Source of the DNA: Tepidiformaceae bacterium
Lineage (GTDB): Bacteria > Chloroflexota > Dehalococcoidia > Tepidiformales > Tepidiformaceae
Assembly: GCA_035326025.1 (NCBI GenBank)
Contig: DAOKYT010000001.1
Coordinates: 8,163-72,162 of the forward strand
Direction: 5' to 3'
DNA length: 64,000 nucleotides
Shown here: piece after piece, positions 25,936 through 35,835 of the stretch
How positions within the stretch are numbered: position 1 is the stretch's first letter
Layout: every line of letters starts with the position of its first letter
Position numbers and translations under genes: made by a program
The notes under the pieces: generated by a model
What the model saw: the letters and a program-made list of their open reading frames with translations, nothing else
Told to the model about the DNA's origin: nothing
The model's database searches: none

Positions 25936-26601
25936 ATGAAGCGCAGGACTCTTGATTTCATCTTTTCAGGGGGTGGTGTCCTTCTCGCCATCCTGCTCCT
26001 TGTTCTTGGGTTGGTGCTCGCCGATCAGGCCGCATTCGCTGAGGACTACGTGAGGGACCAGCTCCGCGAACAAAAGATCACGTTCGCTGAAGCGGATGCT
26101 CTCACCGACGAGGAGAAGAACTGGAAGGAAGGCTCGAAGTGCCTCACTGAATATGCCGGCCAGCTGATGGAGACCGGTAAGATGGCCGAATGCTACGCGA
26201 ACTACTACATCGCGATGCACATGCGCCGTTCCGCCGCCAGCGCCGCCGTCGACGGCCAGAAGATGGGCTGGGACGACGAAACCTATGCCACCATGGGGCC
26301 CATACGCACCGCGCTGATCGCCGAAGTCAACAAGGCCAAGGAGGCGGGTGACAAGGCCGCCCAGGAAGCCGCCCAGAAGAAGCTCGATGCCGCCACTTCG
26401 CTCCGCGGCACGTTCCAGACCGGCGAGACCCTCCGCGGTCTGCTCCTGACCACCTACGGGTTCAGCATCTTCGGTGACAGGGCCGACCTGGCCGCGACGG
26501 TCTGCTTCATCATCGCTGGCCTGCTCCTCGTCCTCTCCATCGCAGGATTCGTCCACGCGTTCATGACTCCGCCCGACAAGATCGCTCTCGGAGGAAGGTA
26601 A
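25936..26601 (+). CDS. hypothetical membrane protein (N- and C-terminal TM helices)
   Basis: 221 aa. GGAGGA RBS 6 nt upstream. TM helices GGVLLAILLLVLGLVLA and VCFIIAGLLLVLSIAGFV flank a soluble, charged central region. No family recognised. Confidence 0.6.
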   Translation: MKRRTLDFIFSGGGVLLAILLLVLGLVLADQAAFAEDYVRDQLREQKITFAEADALTDEEKNWKEGSKCLTEYAGQLMETGKMAECYANYYIAMHMRRSAASAAVDGQKMGWDDETYATMGPIRTALIAEVNKAKEAGDKAAQEAAQKKLDAATSLRGTFQTGETLRGLLLTTYGFSIFGDRADLAATVCFIIAGLLLVLSIAGFVHAFMTPPDKIALGGR

Positions 26602-26655
26602 CTCACACCGGCTGACTCACCGGCCACCAGAACCCCACGGCAACACACTCCTCAG

Positions 26656-26683
26656 GGAAGGGCCGGCACGCGCCGGCCCTTCC
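26656..26683. terminator. GC-rich hairpin between convergent ORFs
   Basis: GGAAGGGCCGGC-acgc-GCCGGCCCTTCC lies 55 nt after the stop at 26601. There is no U-tract. Confidence 0.5.
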
Positions 26684-26804
26684 GCACGTCCCGCGGGGCG
26701 TCGCTACTCGTGAGACAGGCCCGCTCAGGCCAGGGGGCGTGCTCGGCGAAGCGCTCGTCCGTGTTCCCGCTCATCCACCCTGCGGCCGGCCGTGGGTCGT
26801 GCCG

Positions 26805-26990
26805 TCATTTGGTTGGTTCATCTGGTTGATGGTGGGGGCAGGGCAACAACAGCCAAGCATCCGTCGTGGCTTCGAGCGCCACCACCCCCGCGAGCGGCTT
26901 CACCCGGGGCCCCGGCAGGCAGGCGCCCGCGAAGATCTTCAGGGCGAGTTCGGCGAGGAGCCAGTTCAGGGCGGTGTCGCGGAAGTCCAT
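26805..26990 (-). CDS. possible small hypothetical protein (61 aa)
   Basis: MDFRDTALNWLLAELALKIFAGACLPG.. The first about 45 codons have almost exclusively G/C at position 3, the coding signature of this genome. No clear RBS or family. Confidence 0.3.
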   Translation of the reverse strand: MDFRDTALNWLLAELALKIFAGACLPGPRVKPLAGVVALEATTDAWLLLPCPHHQPDEPTK

Positions 26991-27141
26991 GTGCTTTCCC
27001 CGGCTCCTGCTTGCCTGGGGAGATCGCACTCCTCCGTCGAGCTATCCGCTGTCGGCGTCTCCGAAATCGCATGCCGCGATCACGACATGGCCCGCCGCCA
27101 CGTGGCACCATGCTGAACCAGCGACACGCGGAGGGATCCCC

Positions 27142-27618
27142 ATGGCCACCTGGAGCGCATTCGAGGCCGCGAGCCCGGAGCTGGCACGGCTTGCCAGGCA
27201 ACGGCTCGACGCCACGGGGCTCGTGATGCTCGGCACGCTGCGCAGGAATGGCTGGCCTCGCATCACCCCCATCGAGTTCACCATCTGGGAGGGGGAGCTG
27301 CTGCTCGGAGGCATCTGGCAATCACGCAAAATGCTCGACCTCCTGCGCGATCCCCGCTGCACCATCCACAGCACCACCACCAGCAAGGACGGCCAGGAGG
27401 GCGATGCGAAGCTCTACGGCCAGGCCGCTCCGCTGGCCGCGGAACGCGAACCGGCCTACTGGCAACACATCTTCGAAACGCAGAACTTCCGGCCGGATGG
27501 GCCCGCGCACGTGTTCACCATCGACATCGAAGCGGCGGCCTACGTCCGGTTTACGCCGGAGGGCGAGCAGCACACGCTCACCTGGCCCGGCGGTCAGTGG
27601 CGCATCACACGGCCCTGA
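27142..27618 (+). CDS. pyridoxamine 5'-phosphate oxidase-family protein
   Basis: Start trimmed to ATG 27142 (MATWSAFEAASPELARLARQRLD..GLVMLGTLRRNGWPRITPIEF), with GGAGGGA upstream. Confidence 0.7.
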   Translation: MATWSAFEAASPELARLARQRLDATGLVMLGTLRRNGWPRITPIEFTIWEGELLLGGIWQSRKMLDLLRDPRCTIHSTTTSKDGQEGDAKLYGQAAPLAAEREPAYWQHIFETQNFRPDGPAHVFTIDIEAAAYVRFTPEGEQHTLTWPGGQWRITRP

Positions 27619-27675
27619 CCGCCCCGCGCGAGCGCCATGCGGCGGTTCCGGCTCGTTGACGGTACCATCCGGCGT

Positions 27676-28854
27676 ATGCCGAGCACTTCTTCGTTCAACC
27701 CCCCGAACCGCATTCTCATGGGGCCCGGACCCAGCGGCGCCCACCCGCGCGTCTTGAAGGCGATGACCGCGCCGATCCTCGGCCACCTCGACCCCGAGTT
27801 CCTCCGCATCATGGATGACTGCAACGAAATGCTTCGCCAGGTGATGGGCACCGCCAACCGCGTCACGCTCGCCACACCCGGTACCGGGACCAGCGGCATG
27901 GAAGCCGCGGTCATGAACCTGGTCGAGCCGGGTGACCGGGTCGTGGTCGGCATCTGTGGCTACTTCGGTGAGCGCATCGCCGTGATGGCGGAGCGCGCCG
28001 GCGGCGAGGTCACGCGCGTCCCGGCCCCATGGGGCTCACCCGCGGACCCGGCCGCTGTCGAATCCGCCGCCCGTGCCGCCGGCAACGTGAAGCTCATCGC
28101 CATCGTCCACGCCGAGACATCCACGGGAGCGCTGACCCCCGTCGAGCCCTTCGCGAAGATCGCCCGGGCCCATGGCGCCCTCCTGCTTGTCGACTGCGTC
28201 ACCTCGCTTGGCGGGGTCCCCGTGACCGTCGACACCTGGGGCGCCGACGCGGTGTACTCGGGCACGCAGAAGTGTCTGAGTGCCCCTCCCGGCATGGCTC
28301 CCCTGACCATGTCGCCGCGCGCCTGGGATGCCATCAAGGCGCGCGAGGTGCCGTGCAACAGCTGGTACCTCGACCTCAGCCTGCTGGAGGCCTACTGGGA
28401 CGAGCGCCGCGCCTACCACCACACCGCCCCCATCTCGATGGTCTACGCGCTCCACCAGGCCCTCGCGCTCGTCCTCGATGAGGGCCTCGAACGCCGATGG
28501 GCGCGGCACGAGCGCAACGGCCGGGCGCTCCAGGCGGGCCTCGAAGCGATGGGCCTGGCGCTCCACGCCGATGCCGGGTACCGGCTCCCGGTGCTCACCA
28601 CCGTCCGCATCCCGGAGGGCGTGAACGACGCCGAAGTTCGTGGCGCGCTCCTCGACCGCAACAGCGTCGAAATCGGCGGTGGGCTGGGCGACTTGCGCGG
28701 GAAGGTCTGGCGCATCGGGTTGATGGGAGAGAGCTCCACCGCGGGAAACGTGCTCCTGGTGCTGAATGCACTCGGAAAAGTCCTTCGCGAACAGGGCTTC
28801 CAGGCCGACATCCGGGCGGCGGTGGACGCGGCCGCCGCCGGGCTCGAAGGATAA
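27676..28854 (+). CDS. class V aminotransferase (alanine-glyoxylate / serine-pyruvate aminotransferase-like)
   Basis: Starts MPSTSSFNPPNRILMGPGPSGAHPRVLKAM and contains ..VDCVTSLGGVPV..YSGTQKCLSAPPG (PLP lysine). Confidence 0.88.
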   Translation: MPSTSSFNPPNRILMGPGPSGAHPRVLKAMTAPILGHLDPEFLRIMDDCNEMLRQVMGTANRVTLATPGTGTSGMEAAVMNLVEPGDRVVVGICGYFGERIAVMAERAGGEVTRVPAPWGSPADPAAVESAARAAGNVKLIAIVHAETSTGALTPVEPFAKIARAHGALLLVDCVTSLGGVPVTVDTWGADAVYSGTQKCLSAPPGMAPLTMSPRAWDAIKAREVPCNSWYLDLSLLEAYWDERRAYHHTAPISMVYALHQALALVLDEGLERRWARHERNGRALQAGLEAMGLALHADAGYRLPVLTTVRIPEGVNDAEVRGALLDRNSVEIGGGLGDLRGKVWRIGLMGESSTAGNVLLVLNALGKVLREQGFQADIRAAVDAAAAGLEG

Positions 28855-28926
28855 ACTCCGATCCTGGCAGTTGAACCTTTCTGTGATTGTCGATAAAGTT
28901 TGTCAACAATCACGGAGGGGGCACCC

Positions 28927-30165
28927 ATGCAGGCTGGCGCAACAGCCGCCGCGGCTTCGCCGCGTCTGCCCGCGAGCACATTCACCATCGCGGGCGCGTT
29001 GCTCTTCATCGTCGTGGCAGCCGTCTTCACTGGCTCGAAGGACTTCGAGCTTGGGGCGTTCTGGCTGATTGGTGTCGCATTCGGCGTCATCGTCCAGCGC
29101 AGCCGCCTGTGCTTCGCCGGCGCGTTCCGCGACCTGATCATGTCTGGTGATGGCCGCCTGATGCGCGCCCTCATCCTTGGGCTCGCCATCACGACCATCG
29201 GCTTCGGCATGCTGATGGCGCGTTTCGTGCCCGACCCGTCGTTCAATGTCCTGCCGCCCGGCGCACACATCCAGCCGGTGGGATTCGCCACCGTGGCCGG
29301 CGGTGTGCTCTTTGGCATCGGCATGGTCCTCGCGGGCGGGTGCGTCTCCGGCACCCTCTGGCGCATGGGTGAAGGCTACCTGAATTCCTGGGTCGCGATG
29401 ATTGGCATCCTCTTCGGGCTCTGGGGCGCCTCGAAAACGTGGGACTGGTGGTACGACAACGATGTCAGCAAGCGCGAAGCGACATGGCTGCCAACGGAGC
29501 TCGGCCTCCCCGCTTCCATCCTGCTCACGCTCGCGATCCTCGCGGTTGCCTACGTCGCCATCCTCTGGTGGGAGCTGCGCTCCCCGCGCCTCCCGGAGCC
29601 GAAGGCAAAGCCCGCCCCTCCGGCCTTCACGGTCCGCGACCACCTGCGAAACTCGTGGAACCTCGCCTTCGGGGGAAGAGGCTGGAGCTACACCGCCGGC
29701 GCTGTCGCCCTCGGCGTGCTCTCCATCGCCGCCTACAACTTGCAGAGCCCACTCGGGGTCACCGGCGGCCTCGCGCTCTGGGCCGATAACGCCGCCAGGG
29801 TCGTCGATGCTGGCGGGCTCCCGCTCAAGGGCGCGGACCTGCTCGCCGGGTGCTCCTCGGCGGCGGCCGGCGCCGAGTGGCTCACCATCCGCACCACCAC
29901 CATGACAGGCCTGGTGATGGGGGCGTTCACGGCGTCGGTCCTCTCGGGCGAATTCAAGGTCAGGTTCTCGCGCAACATCGCACGGTATCCCCAGCTCATC
30001 CTCGGTGGAGCCGCCATGGGCTACGCCTCGGTACTCGCCGTTGGCTGCACTATCGGGGCGTTCTTCTCCTCGATTCCCTCGCTGGCACTGGCAGGGTGGC
30101 TCTACACCATCGCCCTGGCGGCCGGCGCCTTCATCGGAGTTCAGGTCATCCGCCGCCTGCCCTGA
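28927..30165 (+). CDS. YeeE/YedE-family sulfur-compound transporter
   Basis: Multi-pass membrane protein with the duplicated family Cys motifs (QRSRLCFAGAFRD, GGCVSGTLWRMGEG, LAVGCTIGAFF). GGAGGGG RBS before ATG 28927. Confidence 0.82.
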   Translation: MQAGATAAAASPRLPASTFTIAGALLFIVVAAVFTGSKDFELGAFWLIGVAFGVIVQRSRLCFAGAFRDLIMSGDGRLMRALILGLAITTIGFGMLMARFVPDPSFNVLPPGAHIQPVGFATVAGGVLFGIGMVLAGGCVSGTLWRMGEGYLNSWVAMIGILFGLWGASKTWDWWYDNDVSKREATWLPTELGLPASILLTLAILAVAYVAILWWELRSPRLPEPKAKPAPPAFTVRDHLRNSWNLAFGGRGWSYTAGAVALGVLSIAAYNLQSPLGVTGGLALWADNAARVVDAGGLPLKGADLLAGCSSAAAGAEWLTIRTTTMTGLVMGAFTASVLSGEFKVRFSRNIARYPQLILGGAAMGYASVLAVGCTIGAFFSSIPSLALAGWLYTIALAAGAFIGVQVIRRLP

Positions 30166-30203
30166 GGCGGTTCTCAGACACCAGGGACCAGGAGGTTCAC
30201 CAC

Positions 30204-30494
30204 ATGCAGATCGATGTTCGCGGGGAAATGTGTCCCTATCCGGCCATGAAGGCCAGGGAAGCCCTTAAGAAGCTCCCGGCCGGCGAACGGCTGGAGCTCA
30301 TCACCGACCACGCCCCGGCCCTCTCCACCGTCCCCTGGGAAGGGGCCAAGCTCGGGTTCCTCTCCGAAATCGCCCCCGGCGGCCCGGGCGAGTGGGTCAT
30401 CACACTCGAAAAGGCGAGCGCGCCTATCGACCAGCGAAACGTCCTCACCGCCATCGCCGCCCGAGCCGCCGAGCTCGCCCCCGACGAGGCTTAG
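30204..30494 (+). CDS. TusA/SirA-family sulfur carrier protein
   Basis: 96 aa. MQIDVRGEMCPYPAMKAREAL carries the CPxP active-site motif. AGGAGG RBS. The ORF-track frame was trimmed from 29850. Confidence 0.8.
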   Translation: MQIDVRGEMCPYPAMKAREALKKLPAGERLELITDHAPALSTVPWEGAKLGFLSEIAPGGPGEWVITLEKASAPIDQRNVLTAIAARAAELAPDEA

Positions 30495-30515
30495 CCCCCA
30501 TTTAGGAGTCATTCC

Positions 30516-31493
30516 GTGAAGAAGTTCAGCCTGCTTGTCCTGCTCGTCGTGGCAGCGTTTTCCACCCTCCTTCTGGCGTGCGGCGGCGACGACGACGACA
30601 CTCCCGCCGCCACGGCCACGACTGCCACGACTGGAGACACCACGCCCCAGGTCCAGGCGTCGCCCACCACCGACCCCAACGCCTACGCCCGCCCGGAGCT
30701 CCTTGTGGAGTCGGCTCAGCTGGAGAAGTTGCTTGGCGACCCGTCCCTTGTGATCGTCGACCTTCGCAAGAAGGAGTCGTACGACGCCGGGCACATTCCC
30801 GGGGCGGTGTGGTACGACACCGCCTTCCTGAAGGACCCGGACGAGAAGCTCTACGTCATCAACGAAAAGCTGTTCGCCGAAAAGGTCGGTGAGATCGGTA
30901 TCGATACCACGAAGAAGGTCGTCGCCTACGACGATGGCAACGGTCTGTGGGCCACCCGGTTCTGGTGGGTGCTCTGGTACTACGGCCACGAAGGCTCGGT
31001 GCTCAACGGTGGCTTCGCCAGGTGGCAGAAGGATGGCCTCGCCGTTTCCAGTGAAGCACCGGCCGTGACGAAGGCCGTGTTCAAGCCCGCCGTCAACGAC
31101 GAGGTGATTTGCGCGCTCGACTACGTCGAAGCCAGGGCAGACAACCCCGACCCCAACGTGGTCATCCTCGATGTCCGCTCGCCCGCTGAGTTCACCGGCG
31201 CCGATGTCCGCGCGGCCAAGGGCGGACACGTGCCGAACGCCGTGAACCTCGACTGGACGCGCTCACTCACCGAGACCCAGCCCCAGGTGTGGAAGACCGC
31301 GGCGGAGCTTCGCAAGCAATTCGAAGAAGCGGGAATCAAGCCCGGCGCCGAGGTCATCACCTACTGCCAGACCGGCGTGCGTGCCGCACACTCCCTCTTC
31401 ACCCTCCGCCTGTTGGGCTACGACGGCCTGAAGAACTTCGACGGGTCGTGGCAGGAATGGGGCAACAACAAGGACACGAAGGTCGAGCGCTAA
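30516..31493 (+). CDS. tandem-rhodanese sulfurtransferase, lipoprotein
   Basis: Lipobox LLLACGG followed by an Asp/Thr-rich linker, then two rhodanese domains. Active-site loop ITYCQTGVRAAH. TAGGAG RBS before GTG 30516. Confidence 0.85.
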   Translation: MKKFSLLVLLVVAAFSTLLLACGGDDDDTPAATATTATTGDTTPQVQASPTTDPNAYARPELLVESAQLEKLLGDPSLVIVDLRKKESYDAGHIPGAVWYDTAFLKDPDEKLYVINEKLFAEKVGEIGIDTTKKVVAYDDGNGLWATRFWWVLWYYGHEGSVLNGGFARWQKDGLAVSSEAPAVTKAVFKPAVNDEVICALDYVEARADNPDPNVVILDVRSPAEFTGADVRAAKGGHVPNAVNLDWTRSLTETQPQVWKTAAELRKQFEEAGIKPGAEVITYCQTGVRAAHSLFTLRLLGYDGLKNFDGSWQEWGNNKDTKVER

Positions 31494-31515
31494 GCCCGCG
31501 CCCGTTCCGCCGGCA

Positions 31516-31543
31516 CGAAGGGGAGGTCTGGGCCTCCCCTTCG
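31516..31543 (+). terminator. terminator-like hairpin after the rhodanese gene
   Basis: CGAAGGGGAGG-tctggg-CCTCCCCTTCG lies 23 nt after the stop. Confidence 0.6.
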
Positions 31544-31698
31544 GCGATCCCCGGCGGCCCTCCCACTCAGGCGGCCGGTGTTCGCAAAATGCCCGGACGC
31601 CCATCGTGAAGCCCTCGCTGGCCAACCAATACCCGCGCGAGACCGGGGACGCCCGCACGCCGGTGCGCTCCGCTGCCAGCGGCGGTAGGCTACGCTCC

Positions 31699-32466
31699 AT
31701 GCCCATCCGAACTGAACGCCGCGACCGTACGCTCCTGGTCACGCTCGACCGACCCCACGCAATGAACAGCATCGACGCCGAAATGTACCGCCAACTCGGC
31801 GAAGTCTGGGACGAATTCGAGCGGGATGACACGCTGCTTGTGGCTGTGGTCACTGGCGCGGGAGAAAAGGCATTCTGCTCCGGCCGCGACCTGGTGAAGA
31901 GCGCCCAGGATGTCTCGAACGACTGGAGCCAGCAGCGTGGCGAGGGGAGGCTCACACCCGAGGGCATCTGGAAACCCGTCATCGCGGCGATCAACGGCCA
32001 CTGCCTGGCGGCCGGGCTCGCTCTCGCGCTCGGGTGCGACCTGCGTGTCGCGAGCCCCAACGCAACGTTCGGCACGATGGCCGCGAAACGGGGCATCGTG
32101 GCCGGTGGGGGCCAGACGCAGCGGCTGGCGCGCTACATCCCCTTCGGTATCGCCATGGAAATGATCCTCTTCGCCGAGCGTATCAGTGCCGAGGACGCGC
32201 TCCGCCACGGGCTGGTGAACCGTGTCGTGCCGCGGGAGGAGCTGCTGCCCTTCGCCCTCGGGTGGGCAGAGAAACTCTGCGAGAACGCCCCCCTGGCCGT
32301 CCAGGCAATGAAGCGCGCTGCCTACGAAGGTGGCTGGGATATGACCCTCAGCGAAGGCATGCGGCTCGAAGCGCGGCTCTACGCCGAGATCATGAAGACC
32401 GAAGACGCCGCCGAGGGAGGCCGCGCGTTCGCCGAAAAGCGCGCCCCCCGGTTCCAGGGGCGCTGA
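31699..32466 (+). CDS. enoyl-CoA hydratase/isomerase (crotonase) family protein
   Basis: Starts MPIRTERRDRTLLVTLDRPHAMNSID and contains ..VVTGAGEKAFCSGRDL..AAINGHCLAGGLALALGCD. Start trimmed from 31606. Confidence 0.85.
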   Translation: MPIRTERRDRTLLVTLDRPHAMNSIDAEMYRQLGEVWDEFERDDTLLVAVVTGAGEKAFCSGRDLVKSAQDVSNDWSQQRGEGRLTPEGIWKPVIAAINGHCLAAGLALALGCDLRVASPNATFGTMAAKRGIVAGGGQTQRLARYIPFGIAMEMILFAERISAEDALRHGLVNRVVPREELLPFALGWAEKLCENAPLAVQAMKRAAYEGGWDMTLSEGMRLEARLYAEIMKTEDAAEGGRAFAEKRAPRFQGR

Positions 32467-32467
32467 C

Positions 32468-33661
32468 GTGAACGGGCCGCTCGAAGGCATTCGGGTCCTT
32501 GACTTTACCTGGGCTCTCGCGGGCCCCTTCGCGACCATGCAACTGGCAGACCTCGGCGCCGAGGTGGTGAAGGTCGAATACCCCGAGACCCACGAGAAGG
32601 AACGGGGCTTCGGCCCCTACGCCGATGGCATCTCCACCTTCTTCTTCAGCGCCAACCGCGGCAAAAAGGGCATCGCCATCGACCTGAAGGCGCCCGAGGG
32701 CAAGGACCTCGTCAAGCGTCTCGCGCGCCAGGCCGACGTGGTCACCGAGAACTTCCGGCCGGGCACCATGGATCGGCTCGGCCTTGGGTACCGCGCGCTC
32801 CGCGAAGTGAACCCGGGGCTCATCTACGCTGCCCTCAGTGGGTTTGGCCAGACCGGCCCGTACAGCGCGATGGCCGCCGTCGATGCCGTCGCCCAGGCCA
32901 TGGGCGGGACCATGTCGCTCAACGGCGAAAAGGATGGGCCGCCGATGCGCGTCGGTGTGAGCATCGGCGACATGGTGGGCGGCCTCTACCTGGCCGTTGG
33001 CATACTGGCCGCGCTCCGCGCTCGCGACATAACCGGCGAGGGTCAGATGCTCGATGTCGCGCTCATGGAGGCCCAGATGGCGCTCTGCGAGAACGCCATT
33101 GTTCGCCACTCCGCGTTCAACGAGCACCCGACCCGCCAGGGGAGCCGCCACGCGCTCCTCGCGCCGTTCGGCCCCTTCCCCACCAGGGACGGATGGATCG
33201 TTATCGCCAATGTGAAAGAGTGGGAGCTCTTTTGCGCGCTCCTGGGCCGCGACGACATGGCCGTCGACGAGCGATTCGCAACGAACCGCTCCCGCGTCGA
33301 GAACATCGACCCCATGGAAGAGCAGCTGTGCGAGACGCTCGCCCGGAAGACCACGGACGAGTGGTTCGCCCTGCTCGAACCGGCGAACGTCTGCGCCATT
33401 GGCAAGGTCAACACCATCGCTGACCTGTTCAACGACCCCCACGTGGCCGCGCGCAACATGCTGGTGGACATCCCCATGCCCTACGGCAAGCCCGGCTCCC
33501 TGACGTTGCCCAATTCCCCCATCCACCTTTCCGCCACACCCACCACGGTCGGTCGCCCCATGCCCGAACACGGCGGAAACACCACGGAGGTACTGAGCGC
33601 GTGGATCGGGATGCCGGCCGGCGAGATTACGGCGCTTCGAGCGAGCGGTGTCATCAAGTAG
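32468..33661 (+). CDS. family III CoA-transferase (CaiB/BaiF/Frc-like)
   Basis: 397 aa. Contains GIRVLDFTWALAGPFATMQLADLGAEVVKVE..ADVVTENFRPG. Confidence 0.88.
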   Translation: MNGPLEGIRVLDFTWALAGPFATMQLADLGAEVVKVEYPETHEKERGFGPYADGISTFFFSANRGKKGIAIDLKAPEGKDLVKRLARQADVVTENFRPGTMDRLGLGYRALREVNPGLIYAALSGFGQTGPYSAMAAVDAVAQAMGGTMSLNGEKDGPPMRVGVSIGDMVGGLYLAVGILAALRARDITGEGQMLDVALMEAQMALCENAIVRHSAFNEHPTRQGSRHALLAPFGPFPTRDGWIVIANVKEWELFCALLGRDDMAVDERFATNRSRVENIDPMEEQLCETLARKTTDEWFALLEPANVCAIGKVNTIADLFNDPHVAARNMLVDIPMPYGKPGSLTLPNSPIHLSATPTTVGRPMPEHGGNTTEVLSAWIGMPAGEITALRASGVIK

Positions 33662-33817
33662 CCCCGAAGTCGGTCCGCTTCACGCTGCCGCGGCCATCGC
33701 CGCGCTATGATGGCCCCGCCAGCTCCGAGCCCACCGGCCCCACGGGGGAGTCGCGGAGCATCGGCCGGCAAGGAAAGGGCTTCAGCCAGCGCGCGCCGCG
33801 CCGAATGGAGGAGCCCC

Positions 33818-34591
33818 TTGTCCAGCCCCTGGAATCCAGCCCAGTACGAGCGATTCGCCAACGAGCGCACCCGGCCCTTCCTCGATCTCCTCGCCATGAT
33901 CACGCCCATTCCTGGCGGTCGCGTCGTCGACCTCGGCTGCGGCACCGGCGAGCTGACCCGGTTGCTCCACGAGCGAACCGGCGCCGCCGAGACCGTGGGG
34001 GTCGATAGCTCCGAGACGATGCTGGCGAACAGCGCGGAGTTCGCCGGTGGTGGGCTCAGCTTCGAGCTTGCCGATATCGCGACCTACCGGCCGCCTGCGC
34101 AGTTCGACCTTGTGTTCTCAAACGCGGCGCTCCAGTGGGTGCCCGGCCATGCCTCGCTCATCCCGGCACTCGCCCGGCTCGTACGCGCCGGCGGACAGTT
34201 CGCCTTCCAGGTGCCCGCGAACGACGGCCACACGTCGCATCTGACAGCGCGCGACGTAGCGGCCGAGGAACCATTCCGGTCCGCGCTCGGCGGGTACGAG
34301 CGTTCGTGGCCCGTGATGCCGCCCGAGTGGTACGCCGAACAGCTCGATGCCCTCGGCTTTACCTCGCTCAACGTGCGCCTCCAGGTGTATGGCCACCACC
34401 TCCCCTCGCCGGCCGATGTCGTTGAGTGGGTGAAGGGTACCTACCTGACCGGCTACGCCCAGAGGATGCCTTCGCACCTCTATGAGCAGTACCTGGTCCG
34501 CTACCGCCAGGTCCTGCTCGATCGCCTCGGAGAGCACCGGCCGTACTTCTACGCCTACAGGCGCATCCTCGTGCACGCGTTCCGGGCGTAG
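33818..34591 (+). CDS. tam: SAM-dependent methyltransferase, trans-aconitate 2-methyltransferase-like
   Basis: Contains WNPAQYERFANERTRPFLDLL..VVDLGCGTGELT..FSNAALQWVP. Start proposed at TTG 33818 with GGAGGAG 6 nt upstream; the ORF-track start at 33707 would add a low-complexity leader. Confidence 0.72.
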   Translation: MSSPWNPAQYERFANERTRPFLDLLAMITPIPGGRVVDLGCGTGELTRLLHERTGAAETVGVDSSETMLANSAEFAGGGLSFELADIATYRPPAQFDLVFSNAALQWVPGHASLIPALARLVRAGGQFAFQVPANDGHTSHLTARDVAAEEPFRSALGGYERSWPVMPPEWYAEQLDALGFTSLNVRLQVYGHHLPSPADVVEWVKGTYLTGYAQRMPSHLYEQYLVRYRQVLLDRLGEHRPYFYAYRRILVHAFRA

Positions 34592-34601
34592 AGTGTTGCC
34601 G

Positions 34602-35075
34602 ATGGATGTCTCGATCGAGCCCGTGCGGTACGAGCATAAGGCGGTACTCCGCCGCCTGATCCAGCTCTACCTGTACGACTTCTCCGAGTTCGAACCGCTC
34701 GCCTTGAACGACCACGGCGAGTTCGACTATCGCTACCTCGACCACTACTGGGCACCGGAACCGGGCGAGGGACGGTATCCATTCTTCATCCAGGCCGGTG
34801 GCCGGCCGGTAGGGTTCGCGCTGGTCAGAGTGCTCAACGGGGTCCATGTCGTGTCGGAGTTCTTCGTCATGCGCGGGCATCGGCGGGGAGGCATCGGCAC
34901 GGCCGCCGCCAGGGCCCTGTTTTCCCGGCTGCCCGGCGAATGGCTCGTGCACCAGGTTCCCGCGAACCTCCCGGCCCAGGCGTTCTGGCGCCGCGTCATC
35001 TCTTCCGCGACGCGGGGCGACTACGCCGAGGTGGTCGATGAAGGCGGAGTGACCCAGCGATTTCGCGTCGCGTGA
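34602..35075 (+). CDS. GNAT-family acetyltransferase
   Basis: Starts MDVSIEPVRYEHKAVLRRLIQLYLYDFSEF and contains ..FFVMRGHRRGGIGTAAARALF. GTG 34593 is an alternative start. Confidence 0.68.
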   Translation: MDVSIEPVRYEHKAVLRRLIQLYLYDFSEFEPLALNDHGEFDYRYLDHYWAPEPGEGRYPFFIQAGGRPVGFALVRVLNGVHVVSEFFVMRGHRRGGIGTAAARALFSRLPGEWLVHQVPANLPAQAFWRRVISSATRGDYAEVVDEGGVTQRFRVA

Positions 35076-35146
35076 TGCTCGCGAATGCCGGGCCGGGTTG
35101 ACAGCCTCCTATACTGGTCATACCCAGAGCGGCAGGAGGTGTGGTT

Positions 35147-35584
35147 GTGTACGGATTCGTCAGCAGCGTCCTCGCCGAGAAGGGCCGCCAGGTCTACACG
35201 ATCTCCCGGACTGCCACCGTTTCGGAGGCGGTCTGCGAGATGAACGAGAAGGGGGTTGGCTCCCTGCTTGTCATCGATGGGCGCCACCCCGTGGGCATCT
35301 TCACCGAACGGGATGTCCTCCGCCGCATCGTCGACGCCGACCGCGATCCTGCCCTTACCCGCGTCGGCGAAGTGATGACCCGCGACCTCGCGGCGATCGA
35401 GCCGTCGTGGCATGTCGAAGACGCTATGCGGCTTATGACCGAAAGGCGCCTGCGCCACCTCCCCGTGATGGAAGGCGGCGAAGTTCTCGGCATGATCTCC
35501 ATCGGCGACCTTCTTCGCTGGGTCACCATCAACCAGGAAGATCAAATCCGTGCGATGACCGACTACATCACCGGCCGCGCCTGA
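35147..35584 (+). CDS. CBS-domain pair protein
   Basis: Two CBS motifs (..VGSLLVIDGRHPVGIFTERDVLRR.., ..LRHLPVMEGGEVLGMISIGDLLR). GTG 35147 lies 7 nt after AGGAGG; the ORF-track start at 35141 is too close to the RBS. Confidence 0.82.
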   Translation: MYGFVSSVLAEKGRQVYTISRTATVSEAVCEMNEKGVGSLLVIDGRHPVGIFTERDVLRRIVDADRDPALTRVGEVMTRDLAAIEPSWHVEDAMRLMTERRLRHLPVMEGGEVLGMISIGDLLRWVTINQEDQIRAMTDYITGRA

Positions 35585-35835
35585 ACCGTTTCACGTTCCA
35601 GGGTGTCGCCGCCCCGGCTGCGAAAGCGCCGGAAACCGCCAGGCTGCCCACCTGATTGCGTGCCCCCGGCACCCCTGAAGTGCGTCGCGGGACGTTCCCT
35701 TCGTCCGGGGTGTCGCCGCCGGGGCTGGCGTACCACCCGGCGCGTAGCTGCTCATCGTGGGTTGCCGCCGCCGGGAACGCCGGGAGCCCGGGCTATCCAC
35801 CTGCCAGGGGCCGCCAGGCTCGTGCTTGAGGAAGA

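Noticed and set aside
25134-27141. Genomic island or prophage integrated at tRNA-Arg.
   Set aside because: There is no integrase, no direct repeat of the tRNA 3' end that I could find, and the downstream genes are ordinary metabolic genes with host-like composition.
35098-35115. TTGACA and TATACT hexamers upstream of the CBS gene as a promoter.
   Set aside because: Only 6 nt separate the two hexamers, which is incompatible with a sigma-70 -35/-10 arrangement.
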